Numbered from the stretch's first letter, positions 21,765-32,586 are shown. The stretch is 32,916 bases of DNA from Prasinococcaceae sp. CCMP 1430 (GCA_013416795.1 RQSC01000023.1:260035-292950), one strand, 5' to 3'. Notes: generated by a model not told the origin, from the sequence alone. Numbers and translations are program-made.

Positions 21765-22976
21765 TTAGGCGCTCTCGGCGACCGCGGCGTAGCCCGGGTC
21801 GACATACTCGCCCTTGGACACGCAGTTGGTGCCGTCCTCGTAGCAGCCGAGGTTGTGCTCCGTCCAGCTACCCGGGGTGGCCCACGCGCAGCTCGCCTCG
21901 ATCTGCAGGAGGTTCTTGCCAAGGGCGATGCGGAAGTAGCCCATCTCGCCCCAGTACTCGCCCCACGAGTTGCGCACGATCCAGTACTGCTCGCCGGTCT
22001 TCTTGTCAGTGGACCAGCCCACGATGGAGACGATGTGGTTGGACTCCGACGGCACGTAGGTGTCGTACACACCGCCGGTGTACTGCAACGAAGCGCGAAA
22101 CAAGCGGCGCCAGGCCCGTCAGCGCCCGCGCGTGCGTTCAGATGCTCGACGAGCGCCGGCGGATCTCTAGGCGACACAGCGCGCGCAGAGCGGCAGCGCG
22201 CACCTTGTGAAGCGGGTCGGCGTCCACGACGCACGCGATGGGGCCGCGCTTGTAGATCTCCTTCTTCATGGCATTGGCGCCGTAGACCTCGCCGTAGTCG
22301 GCGACCGTCACGTTGGGGAAGTAATCGAGCTCGCTGCAGAAGCCCCCCATCGAGGAGAAGGTCGAGCACGTGCGGCACGTGTTCGCCGCCGAGCACGAGT
22401 AGTCGCCGCCGTTGGCGCAGTTGCCCTCAGTCGACTCGGCGGAGCACGCCTCGTACTGCAGGCACGTGTCGTAAGGCACGTAGCCAGCCTGCTGGATGAA
22501 CTGGTAGGTGCCCGTGTGCGAGCCGCCGTGGCAAGAGCCAGCAACCTCGGTGCCGCAGTTCAGGATGAACTGGACGGCGAGGTTGACGTCGACGCCGCGC
22601 GCGCCGCGCGCGATCTTGACGCGGTCGGCGAGCGCCGAGAGGGAGCCGTGCGCCCAGCAGCTGCCGCAATACTGCGGGATGTGCTGGTTGAGACTCTTGG
22701 TCACGAACGACGTGCCGTTGATGTCGCGCCAGTCCCACACCTCGGGCAGGTGCTTGTTGTCGACGTAGTCCTCCGGGCGCGGCGCGGTCACGCTCTCGCG
22801 GACGTCGTGGCCGTCGAGGTACGCGAGCTCGTTGAAGTAGCCCGCCGGCGTCGTGCGGCGCTCGGGCGCCGCGAGCCGGTCCGAGATCCGCACGCCCGCG
22901 CGCGCGGCGGACCGCGGGCTCAGGAGCCAGACTTGGCGTCGCCTCATCGGGCAGCGAGTCCCACACATCCGCCAGG
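21765..22976 (-). CDS. CTSZ: Cathepsin Z/X-like papain-family cysteine protease; intron 22083-22203; N-terminus uncertain near N at 22977
   Basis: [23 protein letters not shown] (cathepsin X HIP mini-loop and catalytic Cys), NHIVSIVGW (His), [19 protein letters not shown] (Asn). Confidence 0.9.
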
Positions 22977-23052
22977 NCCCCCCCCCCCTCCCCTCCCCCC
23001 GCCCCCCCCGCTCCAGGCGCGCGCGCACCTGTGGGGCGCGTGCGTGCGGCGC

Positions 23053-24321
23053 TCACACGGGCTTGATGCCGATGAACTCGCGCGCGCGCTCGTAAACGAG
23101 GAAGGTGACGATGGTGTGAGGGCCCAGCCGCATGTAGTTGGCGAAGGCGCCGTTGTACAGCGACAGGATCCCCTCGGCCTTGACCGACTCGGTGAGGCAG
23201 CGCAGGTTCGAGTAGCCGTACTGCGAGGGCGCGTTCGTGCGGCGGGGCGCGCGTGGGTTAGCCGGCGACCTCGGCAGCGAGGTCCGCGCCACCGCGCGCG
23301 CGGGCGCGCGCGCGCTAGAGGTCGATGCGCGCCCCGCACCTTCGAGCCCTCGTTCATCATGCGCGTCTTGACGAAGTCGAAGGGCGAGCATGCGATGGTC
23401 GCCACGCCGCCCGCGATCATGCTCGCCACCAGGTGCAGTGCGGTCCCCTCCTTCATGTAGCCCTCGTTGATGATCCAGTGCTTGGACATCTCGTACGAGG
23501 GGATCTGTGAACCGGTGAGCACCGACGAGCGCACCACAAAACTGCTCGAGCCGCAGAAGAGCCCCTTGAGGCCCTCCGTGCGCGCCACTCGCCGCCAGCA
23601 GCAGAGCGTGCTCTTGAAGGGTTTGTCGCCCGCCTTCCAGCCGGTGGCTTGCATCTTCACCTTGACGAGCTCCGTGGGCGCGCCGATCGCCGATCCGATG
23701 GCGCCGGCGGTGCCTGCCGCGAGCACCTTGGTGGCCATGTAGTCCTGATCGATGCCAGCCGAGCTGAGCCTCCCCTTTATGGCGTCGTAGGCGCCGAGCC
23801 GAATGGTGCCATACACGCCCTCGCGCACCAGCGACGCCGCCAAGCCTCGCGTGAAGAGGCCCACCGCGCCTTCCTTTCGCACCATCTGCCAGCAGCGCTG
23901 CGTGACCGACTGGCCGGTCTCAGCAGCGCCCAGCGTCTGGTTGTCCAGCTGCAGCTTGACCTTCACCACGTCGATCGGATTCGTCACTGTGGCGGCGGCC
24001 TGCGATGCGGCAAGGCGTGGCATGTGCATCGCGCGTCAGCGCGCCGCGTGTGCACGCGCGGCCAAGCGCTCTCGAGCAAGCGCGCGCGAGAGAGAGAAAG
24101 CGAGGGGTTGGTGGGATGGGGGGGGGTGGGAGAGAGAGAGAGAGAGAGGGACCGCCGGCCCGTCCGTCTCAACGCACCATGTTGGAGATGCCGCTCAGCC
24201 CGCAGTTCACCGCGAGGTCGGCAAAGGCGAACGCCTCTGCGCCGGCGGCGGCCGCTTCGGCGGCGATTTCGACGCCTGCCTCTGCGGCGGCGCCCACGGC
24301 AGCGCCCGCAGGTCCCGGCAT
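23053..24321 (-). CDS. Mitochondrial carrier (SLC25), uncoupling-protein-like; exons 24321-24178, 23999-23340, 23220-23053
   Basis: Three PX[DE]XX[KR] motifs (PIDVVK, PTELVK, PFDFVK), REGVYGTIRLGAYD and YMRLGPHTIVTF. Phase-0 introns 24000-24177 and 23221-23339. Confidence 0.88.
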
Positions 24322-25465
24322 CTCCTGCGGTGTGTTCGCGGGCGCCGTCTCGGCCTCGCCCCGCGGCACCGTGCTCACCGGCGCCCTCCGGCCCCGCGCG
24401 AGCGAGCGCGAGCGCGGCTTCTCTCGCGCACGAGACCTCCCGCTGCCCGGCACGCCGCGATTGACCTCGACCTCCTCTCCCCGGGTCGAGCTTCCCGCGC
24501 TTTCCACCCACCCCCTTGCCTCGCCCTCTACGGGAGCCGCGCGCTCGCCGCCGCTCCGCCGCGGGTCCGCCGGTCCGCGCGCCACCGCCGCCTCGCCGCG
24601 CCACGAACGCCCGCGCCTGCGCCCGTTCACGCGCGCGCGTGTGTGACGCGGCATCGACCGAGCCGCCCACAACCATCTCGCGGCCCCCNNNNNNNNNNNN
24701 NNNNNNNNNNNNNNNNNNNNNNNNNNNNNNNNNNNNNNNNNNNNNNNNNNNNNNNNNNNNNNNNNNNNNNNNNNNNNNNNNNNNNNNNNNNNNNNNNNNN
24801 NNNNNNNNNNNNNNNNNNNNNNNNNNNNNNNNNNNNNNNNNNNNNNNNNNNNNNNNNNNNNNNNNNNNNNNNNNNNNNNNNNNNNNNNNNNNNNNNNNNN
24901 NNNNNNNNNNNNNNNNNNNNNNNNNNNNNNNNNNNNNNNNNNNNNNNNNNNNNNNNGGCCCGCGGCGGCCGCGCGGATCGGGCCGCCGCGCGCTGCGCTG
25001 GCGGTGGCCCGCAAAAGATCTCTGCTCGCGCAGCGAGCGCTGGCCCAGCTGCCGCCGCTGCCGCGCCGCGAGAGGAGATGTGACTGACTGGCGCGTCGCG
25101 TCGCGTCGCGAGCGTGTGTGTGTGTTGGATGGTTGGTGGGTTGGTTGGTTGGTTGGTGTGGAGGAGGGTGGGTGGGCGCGCAGCCGCATCGCTGCTGGCT
25201 GGCTGTGTCTCTCTCAGGACGACTTCTGCCGCGGCCTCGCGCGGCGGCGGTGGCCGGCGCGGACCCGGCCGCTGCGCGCGAGGCGCGGCGGGGCGCGGAT
25301 GGCGCGGCGGGGGCCTCACGGACCGATCCAGGCAGCGTGGGCGAGCACGCGAGGGGCACGGACGGCGCGAGCTCCGACCGAGGCCCCTCTGCTACCGATG
25401 CCGCGCGCCGTGAGAGTCCCGCGCGCGCGCACGCGCCCACCAGCCGGGCTCCTCGGAGTAGAGGG

Positions 25466-25590
25466 CACCAGGGTCTCGTCGGACGCACCACGGTCTTGAC
25501 GGATGAAGGCACCAGGGTCGACTGACACACCAGGGTCGACGGATGAGGACACCAGGGGTCGCCGGGACCGGGACCGGGACCGGGACCGGG
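25466..25590. repeat. Degenerate array of five CACCAGGGTC-like units followed by about four CCGGGA units
   Basis: Units start at 25466, 25486, 25510, 25528 and 25550; CCGGGA repeats from 25562. Confidence 0.8.
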
Positions 25591-26484
25591 GCCCGCCCCG
25601 CCCCGGCCAAAAAATAAAAAAAAGGAAAAAAAAAAAACGCGGGGCGGGCGCGGGCGCGGGCGCGCGCGGATAAGACGGCGGGGTGGGGCGTGTGCCCGCA
25701 GGCACACGCCCCGCGAAATCGCCGTCCCCGAAACTCTTCGGAAGGCGCGCGCGTTTTTCCCCCGCGAACCGCAAACGCGCGCGCGGGCGGGGGGTGTTTA
25801 GGGGCGTCGGGGCGGTTTGGGGTTGGCGGGATCGCGCGCGCGCGCGTTGCGCGCCGCGCGTCGCGGTCTTTTCGAGCCTCGCGCCGCGCCGGATGGGGAC
25901 CCTGATGGGGTTCGAACCTCAAACTGCGCCGCGGGCGGGCGCCGCCCCCCGCGCGGCGCCCCGCGCGGCGCAACCCCAACCGAATCCGCCTCACGCCCTC
26001 ATCACATCGAACCCACCGCGTCAGAATCGCGTACCCTGATGCCAATCAAAACCTCAAACACGCCGCGCGGCGTCGCGTCGCGTCGCGCGCGCGCGCGTCG
26101 CGCGCGCGAGGCCGCGCGCGCGCGCGTCGGCGTCGGCGGGCGGCGGGAGAGCACGGGAAAAGATCGCGCCCGGCGGGCGAGCGGTCCCGCGGACCACGCC
26201 CCGGAATTGGGACGAATCGTCGAAAGAAGCGCTAAGCAAGTAATTGAACACACAATCAGTTAAAATGATCCCACATGAAATGTATGAAAGCGGAAGACGA
26301 TGCATTTCATCGACGTTGAGTTTGGGTGCGGGAGGGGGCGCGCTCTGGGCGCGCGCGGCGTCGAATCCGTCGGCGAGTGCGCGCGGTACGGGCTCGACCA
26401 GTGGCGCGGCAGCGACTCCCGGTGGCGGCGCTCACAGGGCCACTCGCGCTCCCCCCAGCACCCAACCCCGCACCCGGAGTCGCC

Positions 26485-27559
26485 ATGGCCGTCATGCTCG
26501 CCTCCAAGGCCGCCATCGCCGCGCGCCCCGCCATGGCGAAGACGTACGTCGCGCGCGCGCGAGCGAGCGCGCGAGCGAGTGCGCGCGCGCGCGCACAGCT
26601 GGGCGCCAGCGAAGCGCGCACGCGCACGTGAGAGAGGGAGAGGGAGAGGGAGAGGGAGAGAGAGAGCGAGAGAGCAGGGGGGGGCGAAAGAGAGGCAGGC
26701 GCTCGAGCGCTCGCGCTCGGTGCTGCGTGCGGCAACGGGCGGCTCCGCAACGGATGCGAGGGCGACGGCGTGCCTCAGTCGCACCCTTGCTTTCTCCCAC
26801 TCTTCCTTCCTCTCTCTCGCTCTCTTTTCGCTCCTCTCTGTCGCCCCTTCCTCTCGCGACGCCGCGGGCGCCGCGCGCCTGGGAATCGGCCGAGCGACGG
26901 GAGCCGAAGCGCGGCCGCGCGCGTCGTTGCCGTCGCTGACAGCGGATGCTTCGTTGTTGCCCACCCCACCCCACCGTGCCGCTCCCGCGATCGCCGTGCG
27001 GCGCCTCGCCCGCACCTCATCCCGCTGCCACCGCCCGCACGCATCGCAGCGCCAAGGCCCAGCGCCCCGCGCGCGCTGCCACCGTGTGCAGCTCGGGCAA
27101 GAAGGGCATCAACCAGGCCGTGCGCGGCGGTGCCCCCAACACTGGCGTGTCCAAGGCCATGGAGAAGAAGAACTGGGTTGACTCGTCGGGCCGCAAGGGC
27201 AAGGGCTACGGCGTGTTCCGGTACGAGAAGAAGTACGGCGCCAACGTCGACGGCTACTGTACGTGTTGCGCGGCCCGCTCGCCGATCCGCCCCACGCAGC
27301 GCACGGCCTCGCGCGCCTGTGCGCGCGCGCGCGCGCGCGTAGCTGCTGACGGCATGCGCACCACGCCTCCCCCGCTCACCTGGATCGCTTCATCCCCCCC
27401 CGCCTTGCAGCGCCGATCTACACCCCCAACGACTGGTCGAGCAAGGGCGACACCTACGCCGGCGGCGAGGCGGGCCTCAAGGTCTGGGCGGCGGGCCTCA
27501 CGGGTCTCCTGCTGACCGGCGCGTTCGCCATCTACGCTACTTCGGCCATCGGCCAGTAA
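26485..27559 (+). CDS. psbR: Photosystem II 10 kDa protein PsbR; exons 26485-26543, 27050-27258, 27411-27559
   Basis: Spliced product has a transit peptide, [35 protein letters not shown] and a C-terminal TM helix. Introns 26544-27049 and 27259-27410 both start GTACGT. Confidence 0.93.
26630..26674. repeat. GAGAGG/GA purine microsatellite in psbR intron 1
   Basis: Read directly from the sequence. Confidence 0.85.
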
Positions 27560-27674
27560 GTGTTGTCAGAGCTGGGCTGCTGACCGCGGCGCTGCCGTTC
27601 CCCCGGGCGCGCCTGCGCGCCCACCGGGCCTCCGGGAGGGCGTTTTGACTGTGACAGTGCCGCGGTGGACGCAA

Positions 27675-27679
27675 TGTAA
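27675..27679 (+). promoter_or_regulatory. TGTAA polyadenylation signal of psbR
   Basis: TGTAA about 115 nt after the stop. Confidence 0.6.
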
Positions 27680-28476
27680 AGGCACGTTGTTTCCCCATCG
27701 CACTCGTCAGGCGCGCGCGAGGGCGAGCGTGCACCCGAGCGTGCTCACTCGGCGCGTGCGCGCGTGCGCTCTGCGCGAGCTCTCTCTTCTGGGCCGTCGC
27801 CGCTGCCACCCCCACCGCCGCCTCCCTTGCCGCGGCCTCCTGCTCTTTCACCTCCTTTGCCGCCGCCTCCTTCGCCGCCGCCTCCTTCGTCGCGGCCTCG
27901 GCCTCGGCCCCCGTCGCCCGACGCCACGCGGGCGACCGCTGACTCGTCGCGTCGCCTTCGCACCTCGCCGGGGGTCGCGCCCTGAGGCGCCCGCGATTTT
28001 CCCCGCGCCGCATTTCCCGCGCGAAAACGCCGCAAAAAACGAACAAAAAAAAAGGGGGGGGGAGAGGCGCCGCCGCCGTCGTGCACAGGCTGCACAGCTG
28101 CGCAAGGTGCTGGGGCCGAGCGCGAGCGTAGGCTGCCTCGGGCTGGCTGGCTGGGTGCGTGGGCGGGCGTGTGCATGTGCCATGCATGTGCGCGGAGCCC
28201 AGTCCTTGGGTGCATGCATGCGTGCATGCACGCGTGTGTGCCTGCATGTGCGTGTGCCTGCATGTGCGTGGGATGAATGGGCTCCTTTCGAATGCACGCG
28301 CGTGCGCGGCGGCAGGGCGCCGGCACCGGCGTGCGAGCGGGCTGCCCCCGTCCCCCCATCCCCCTCCCCCCCCTTGCGTCGTGAGGCGCGGGGCTGAGTT
28401 GCGGGCGTCCCCACCCGTCCCCTCTGCGCGCGGGGGCGCGCCACACGGCGACCGCACGCGGCGGCCGCGGGCGCAG

Positions 28477-29019
28477 CAATAAGGCTGGCGGCGGCGGTGC
28501 GGCGGCCGCTGGCGGCGGCGACGGCGTCGGTGAAGGCGATGGTTCGGTATCGAGCGGCGAGGAGGGAGGAGCGGACGCGCAGCCTCCCACTCTGCCCCCT
28601 CACCACCACCAGCAACAGCACCAGCAGCAGCAGGCGCAGGCGCACCAGCAGGCGATGCCGCACCAACAAGTTGGCGCGGGCGGGGGGGCGGACGCGCCCG
28701 GGGGCTACCTCGACGCGGGCTTGGCAGTGCGCGGCGCCGCGGGCTTCTTAGCACCTGGCGCAGCTGCAGGGGTTGCGCCGCACGCCCTTGGCGGCATGTG
28801 GAACGGCCACCCCGCCGCGTTCGGCGCCGCGCCGTACGCGGACGCGCACGCGGCCCACGCGGCCCACGCGGCCCACGCAGCGCTGGCGTTCGGCGCGTTC
28901 GGCCATGCCAGCTGGGGCGGGCTTGGTGGCCTCGGCATGGGCATGGGCGTAGGCGCGGGCGAGGACGCGTCTGCCGCTGCCGACGGCCGCGCGCATGCGC
29001 AAGCGCACGCGCTTGCCGC

Positions 29020-29070
<51 letters not shown>

Positions 29071-29506
29071 CTACTACCAACAGCTCCTGCAGCACCAGCA
29101 GCACGGGCAGCAGGGCCAGGGGCAATGGCAAGACCCCGCGACGCCCGCGCAGCAGGCGCCCGGCACGCACGCGCACGCGCTGGACGGGGGGGCGCAGGTG
29201 CCGCCCTGGGCGATGAGCCCCATGAGCCCCGCCACGCCGGCGGCGGCCATCGGCGTGGCCGCCAACGGGCACGGCGCGTTCGGCGCGGCAATGGGCGCAA
29301 TCCCTGGCGGCCCGGGCGGCGCCGCGGCGCTGCGCGGCANNNNNNNNNNNNNNNNNNNNNNNNNNNNNNNNNNNNNNNNNNNNNNNNNNNNNNNNNNNNN
29401 NNNNNNNNCCGCGGCGCTGCGCGGCACGCCCGGCGCCGTCGCGGCGGCCTTCGCGGCCGCCGCGCCCATCACCGTTCCCGACGCGAGCGCCGCGCACGGC
29501 TACTAG
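28477..29506 (+). CDS. 3' exon of a low-complexity Q/H/A/G-rich protein of unknown function; upstream exons unresolved
   Basis: Open frame from a candidate acceptor (GCGCAG, 28476) through HHHQQQ and Q16 tracts to TAG 29506; spans gap 29340-29408. Confidence 0.5.
29021..29068 (+). repeat. (CAG)16 microsatellite encoding poly-Gln
   Basis: Read directly from the sequence. Confidence 0.95.
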
Positions 29507-29716
29507 CCTGACGGGGTCGCATGCTTGCCCTCGATCCCCCCTTCGCGCCCTCTCGCACGCGCGCGCGCGCGCGAGCGCGCACACAGGCCGCGGCAGGGCC
29601 GCGACTCGTAACGAAGACGAATGGGGCGTTCTCCACGCGCGCGGCCGCGCTCGTGCGCGCGCTCTAGCGCACGCGCGTGCGCGCGCACACAGTCCTTCGT
29701 ACACACCGCGATATCG

Positions 29717-29721
29717 TTACA
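29717..29721 (-). promoter_or_regulatory. TGTAA polyadenylation signal of GET3
   Basis: TTACA on the + strand about 65 nt past the stop. Confidence 0.55.
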
Positions 29722-29786
29722 CGCGTCGCCGCCGCCACGCTGTCGCGCTCGCGCGCGTGCCAGCGCTGGCACGCGAGCTCGCGCTT

Positions 29787-30988
29787 CTACCTCCACACGG
29801 ACATGCCGAAGAACTGCAGCGCGGGCACGCCGCGGATTTCCATGTCGAAGAGGGGCGCCGTGAGCACATCCATGCCGCCGCTGGTGCCCATCTCGTTGCG
29901 GATGATCTCAAGAGCGCGCTCCTGATCCTTGCGGCGGACCGACATGAAGCGCGCGTCCTTGAGCATGGCGCGCAGCACATTCACCGTCGCCTCGTCCTCG
30001 TTGGCCTCGGCGGCCTTGAGCGCCTCCTCGACCTCAGCGAGCGTCGTGCCGCTCGCCGGCAGGCACTGGTTGACGACCACGCGGCGCACGGGCACGTCTT
30101 CGTCCTTGAGCGACCCCATCAGCCTCGCCGACTCGTTGGCGGCCATCACCGTTGGTATGCACGCGATGACGAACTCCATCGCGTCCTTGTCTCGGAAGAG
30201 CTGGCGCACGGTCTGCAGCTTGGCCTTGAGCGCCTCGAGCTTCTGGACGCCCGCGTCGGGCTCGTCATTGTCGGCACCGAACAGACCCTTGATCGCGTTG
30301 CCGGCGCCGGAGAGGGTCTGGCGCAGGCGCACCACCTTGCCGATCGTCGCGTCGAGGAAGTCGGGCAGGCTGAGCATGCGCAGCGTGTGCCCAGTGGGCG
30401 CCGTATCGAAGACGATGCGCGTGAACTGCGAGTACTCGCCGCCGTCCACGAACTGCACGACCTTGGCAATGGCGATGGCCTCATCGAGGCCTGGTGGCGG
30501 CGTGTCCAGGAGCTCGCCGAGCTTGAGGTCCGCCAGCTGGGTGGTGAACGCGCCCAGCCCTACCGAGTCCATAAAGTCGTTGACCTGCTTGCCGCCGTCG
30601 CCTGATGCGAACTGCTTCAGCTCGGCCTTGGCGTCCTCAGGGTCAATCTCGAGCGCAAACAGCGGGGCGTCCGTGCCCTCAACGCGCACGGGCGTGCCAC
30701 CCGACACATCCTGCGCGAGCGAGTCGCTCAGCGAGTGCGCCGGGTCGGTGGAGACCACAAGCGTCGCGTGCCCCGCGTTGGCGAAGCGCACTGCCAGCGA
30801 GGCGCTCAGCGACGTCTTGCCCACGCCGCCCTTGCCGCCGACCATGAAGTACTTCCGACCCTGCGACGCAGACATCGCCTCAAACGGCGCATCGCCAGCC
30901 GCTGCCGCCCTCGAGGCCACGCGCCGCCGCGGCCGCGCCACCGCTGCGCGTGCGGCGCCGGTCCCTCGCGCGCTGCTGTCGCGCAGTG
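29787..30988 (-). CDS. GET3: GET3/ArsA ATPase, organellar (GET3b-like); start in gap 30989-31609
   Basis: GGKGGVGKTS (P-loop), STDPAHSLSD (switch I), PPGLDEA, FDTAPTGHTLR (switch II), IPTVMA..ES.RL and EIRGVPALQF; Arg/Ala-rich transit remnant. Confidence 0.9.
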
Positions 30989-31881
30989 NNNNNNNNNNNN
31001 NNNNNNNNNNNNNNNNNNNNNNNNNNNNNNNNNNNNNNNNNNNNNNNNNNNNNNNNNNNNNNNNNNNNNNNNNNNNNNNNNNNNNNNNNNNNNNNNNNNN
31101 NNNNNNNNNNNNNNNNNNNNNNNNNNNNNNNNNNNNNNNNNNNNNNNNNNNNNNNNNNNNNNNNNNNNNNNNNNNNNNNNNNNNNNNNNNNNNNNNNNNN
31201 NNNNNNNNNNNNNNNNNNNNNNNNNNNNNNNNNNNNNNNNNNNNNNNNNNNNNNNNNNNNNNNNNNNNNNNNNNNNNNNNNNNNNNNNNNNNNNNNNNNN
31301 NNNNNNNNNNNNNNNNNNNNNNNNNNNNNNNNNNNNNNNNNNNNNNNNNNNNNNNNNNNNNNNNNNNNNNNNNNNNNNNNNNNNNNNNNNNNNNNNNNNN
31401 NNNNNNNNNNNNNNNNNNNNNNNNNNNNNNNNNNNNNNNNNNNNNNNNNNNNNNNNNNNNNNNNNNNNNNNNNNNNNNNNNNNNNNNNNNNNNNNNNNNN
31501 NNNNNNNNNNNNNNNNNNNNNNNNNNNNNNNNNNNNNNNNNNNNNNNNNNNNNNNNNNNNNNNNNNNNNNNNNNNNNNNNNNNNNNNNNNNNNNNNNNNN
31601 NNNNNNNNNGGCCTAGCAGCGGCGCGCGGCGCGGCGGCTGGCGGCGGCGACCGGGGGGGGGCAAGCGTGCGCGGGAAGCGGTGGGGTCCCCCGCGAGCTC
31701 CCCGCGCGGGCGTGTAATCACGCCTGCCGGCGCGCTCGCTCGCCCGCCCGCGCGCTCGCTCGCCCGCGCGCGCCTGCATGTGTGCGTGCGCCCTAGGCGC
31801 GGAGTTTCGCCAACCCTTCGGTTTGATGTGGCGCCTGGGCGTGCTGCTGACGCTGCGCGCCGCGCGCGCGCATCCTCAAAG

Positions 31882-32586
31882 ACACCAAGGCGAAGGCCGC
31901 GGCCAAGGCCGTGACCAAGGGCGTGCACAAGGGCAGCCGCAGGGAGTGGAAGACCACCTCGTACGTCGCGCGCAGCGCGATGCGGCGTGGCGATGCTGCG
32001 CTGGGCGGCGCTGCAGATGCGGCGGCCGCCCGCGGGAACCGCTGCCACAGCCGCAGCCGCTACTGCGGCAGCCCTTGCTGCTGCGTGCGCGCGCGCGGGC
32101 GCGTGTGGGTGTGTGATATGGCCCTCGCACGCAAGCGGGAGTGGCGCGCGTGTTGGATGAGCGCCAATTCGCACCGGTGCGCTGCCGCACCGCGGGGCCG
32201 ATGGGCTGACGCGCCTGCCACCCATCCCCCTCGCTGCCACTGCGCGCAGGTTCCACCGCCCGCAGACGCTCAAGCACGCGCGCAAGCCCAAGTACGCGCG
32301 CCAGTCGGCGCCGCGCCAGGCCAAGCTCGACCAGTTCGCCATCCTCAAGTTCCCGCTCACCACCGAGTCCGCGATGAAGAGGATCGAGGACAACAACACC
32401 CTGGTGTTCATCACGGACGTGCGCGCGACCAAGGCGACCATCAAGGCCGCCGTCAAGCAGATGTACGACATCGAGTGCGCGAAGATCAACACGCTCATCC
32501 GCCCGGACGGCGCCAAGAAGGCCTACGTGCGCCTCACGCAGGACTACGACGCGCTCGACGTGGCGAACCGCATCGGCATCATCTAA
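31882..32586 (+). CDS. RPL23A: 60S ribosomal protein L23a (uL23); exons 31882-31960 and 32250-32586; first exon probably in the gap
   Basis: [41 protein letters not shown] and [23 protein letters not shown]; intron 31961-32249. Confidence 0.95.

Noticed and set aside
22978-23010. Poly-C tract as a G-quadruplex element
   Set aside because: Directly abuts an N and looks like a low-quality read tail.
25466-25560. CRISPR-like repeat-spacer array
   Set aside because: Repeats of about 10 nt and spacers of 8-14 nt are too short, spacers resemble each other, no cas genes, eukaryotic context.
25890-25960. tRNA gene
   Set aside because: Only a B-box-like motif; no A-box, D arm, anticodon arm or acceptor stem could be folded.
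29322-29426. Direct repeat CCGCGGCGCTGCGCGGCA flanking the N gap as a target-site duplication
   Set aside because: Identical sequence on both gap edges is typical of an unmerged contig overlap or a collapsed tandem repeat.
31961-32249. Intronic snoRNA in RPL23A
   Set aside because: No convincing C box with terminal stem; the CTGA present is the branch point.
29787-32516. 909-aa ORF suggesting a large GET3 fusion
   Set aside because: It joins the antisense strand of RPL23A to GET3 across a 621-nt N gap.
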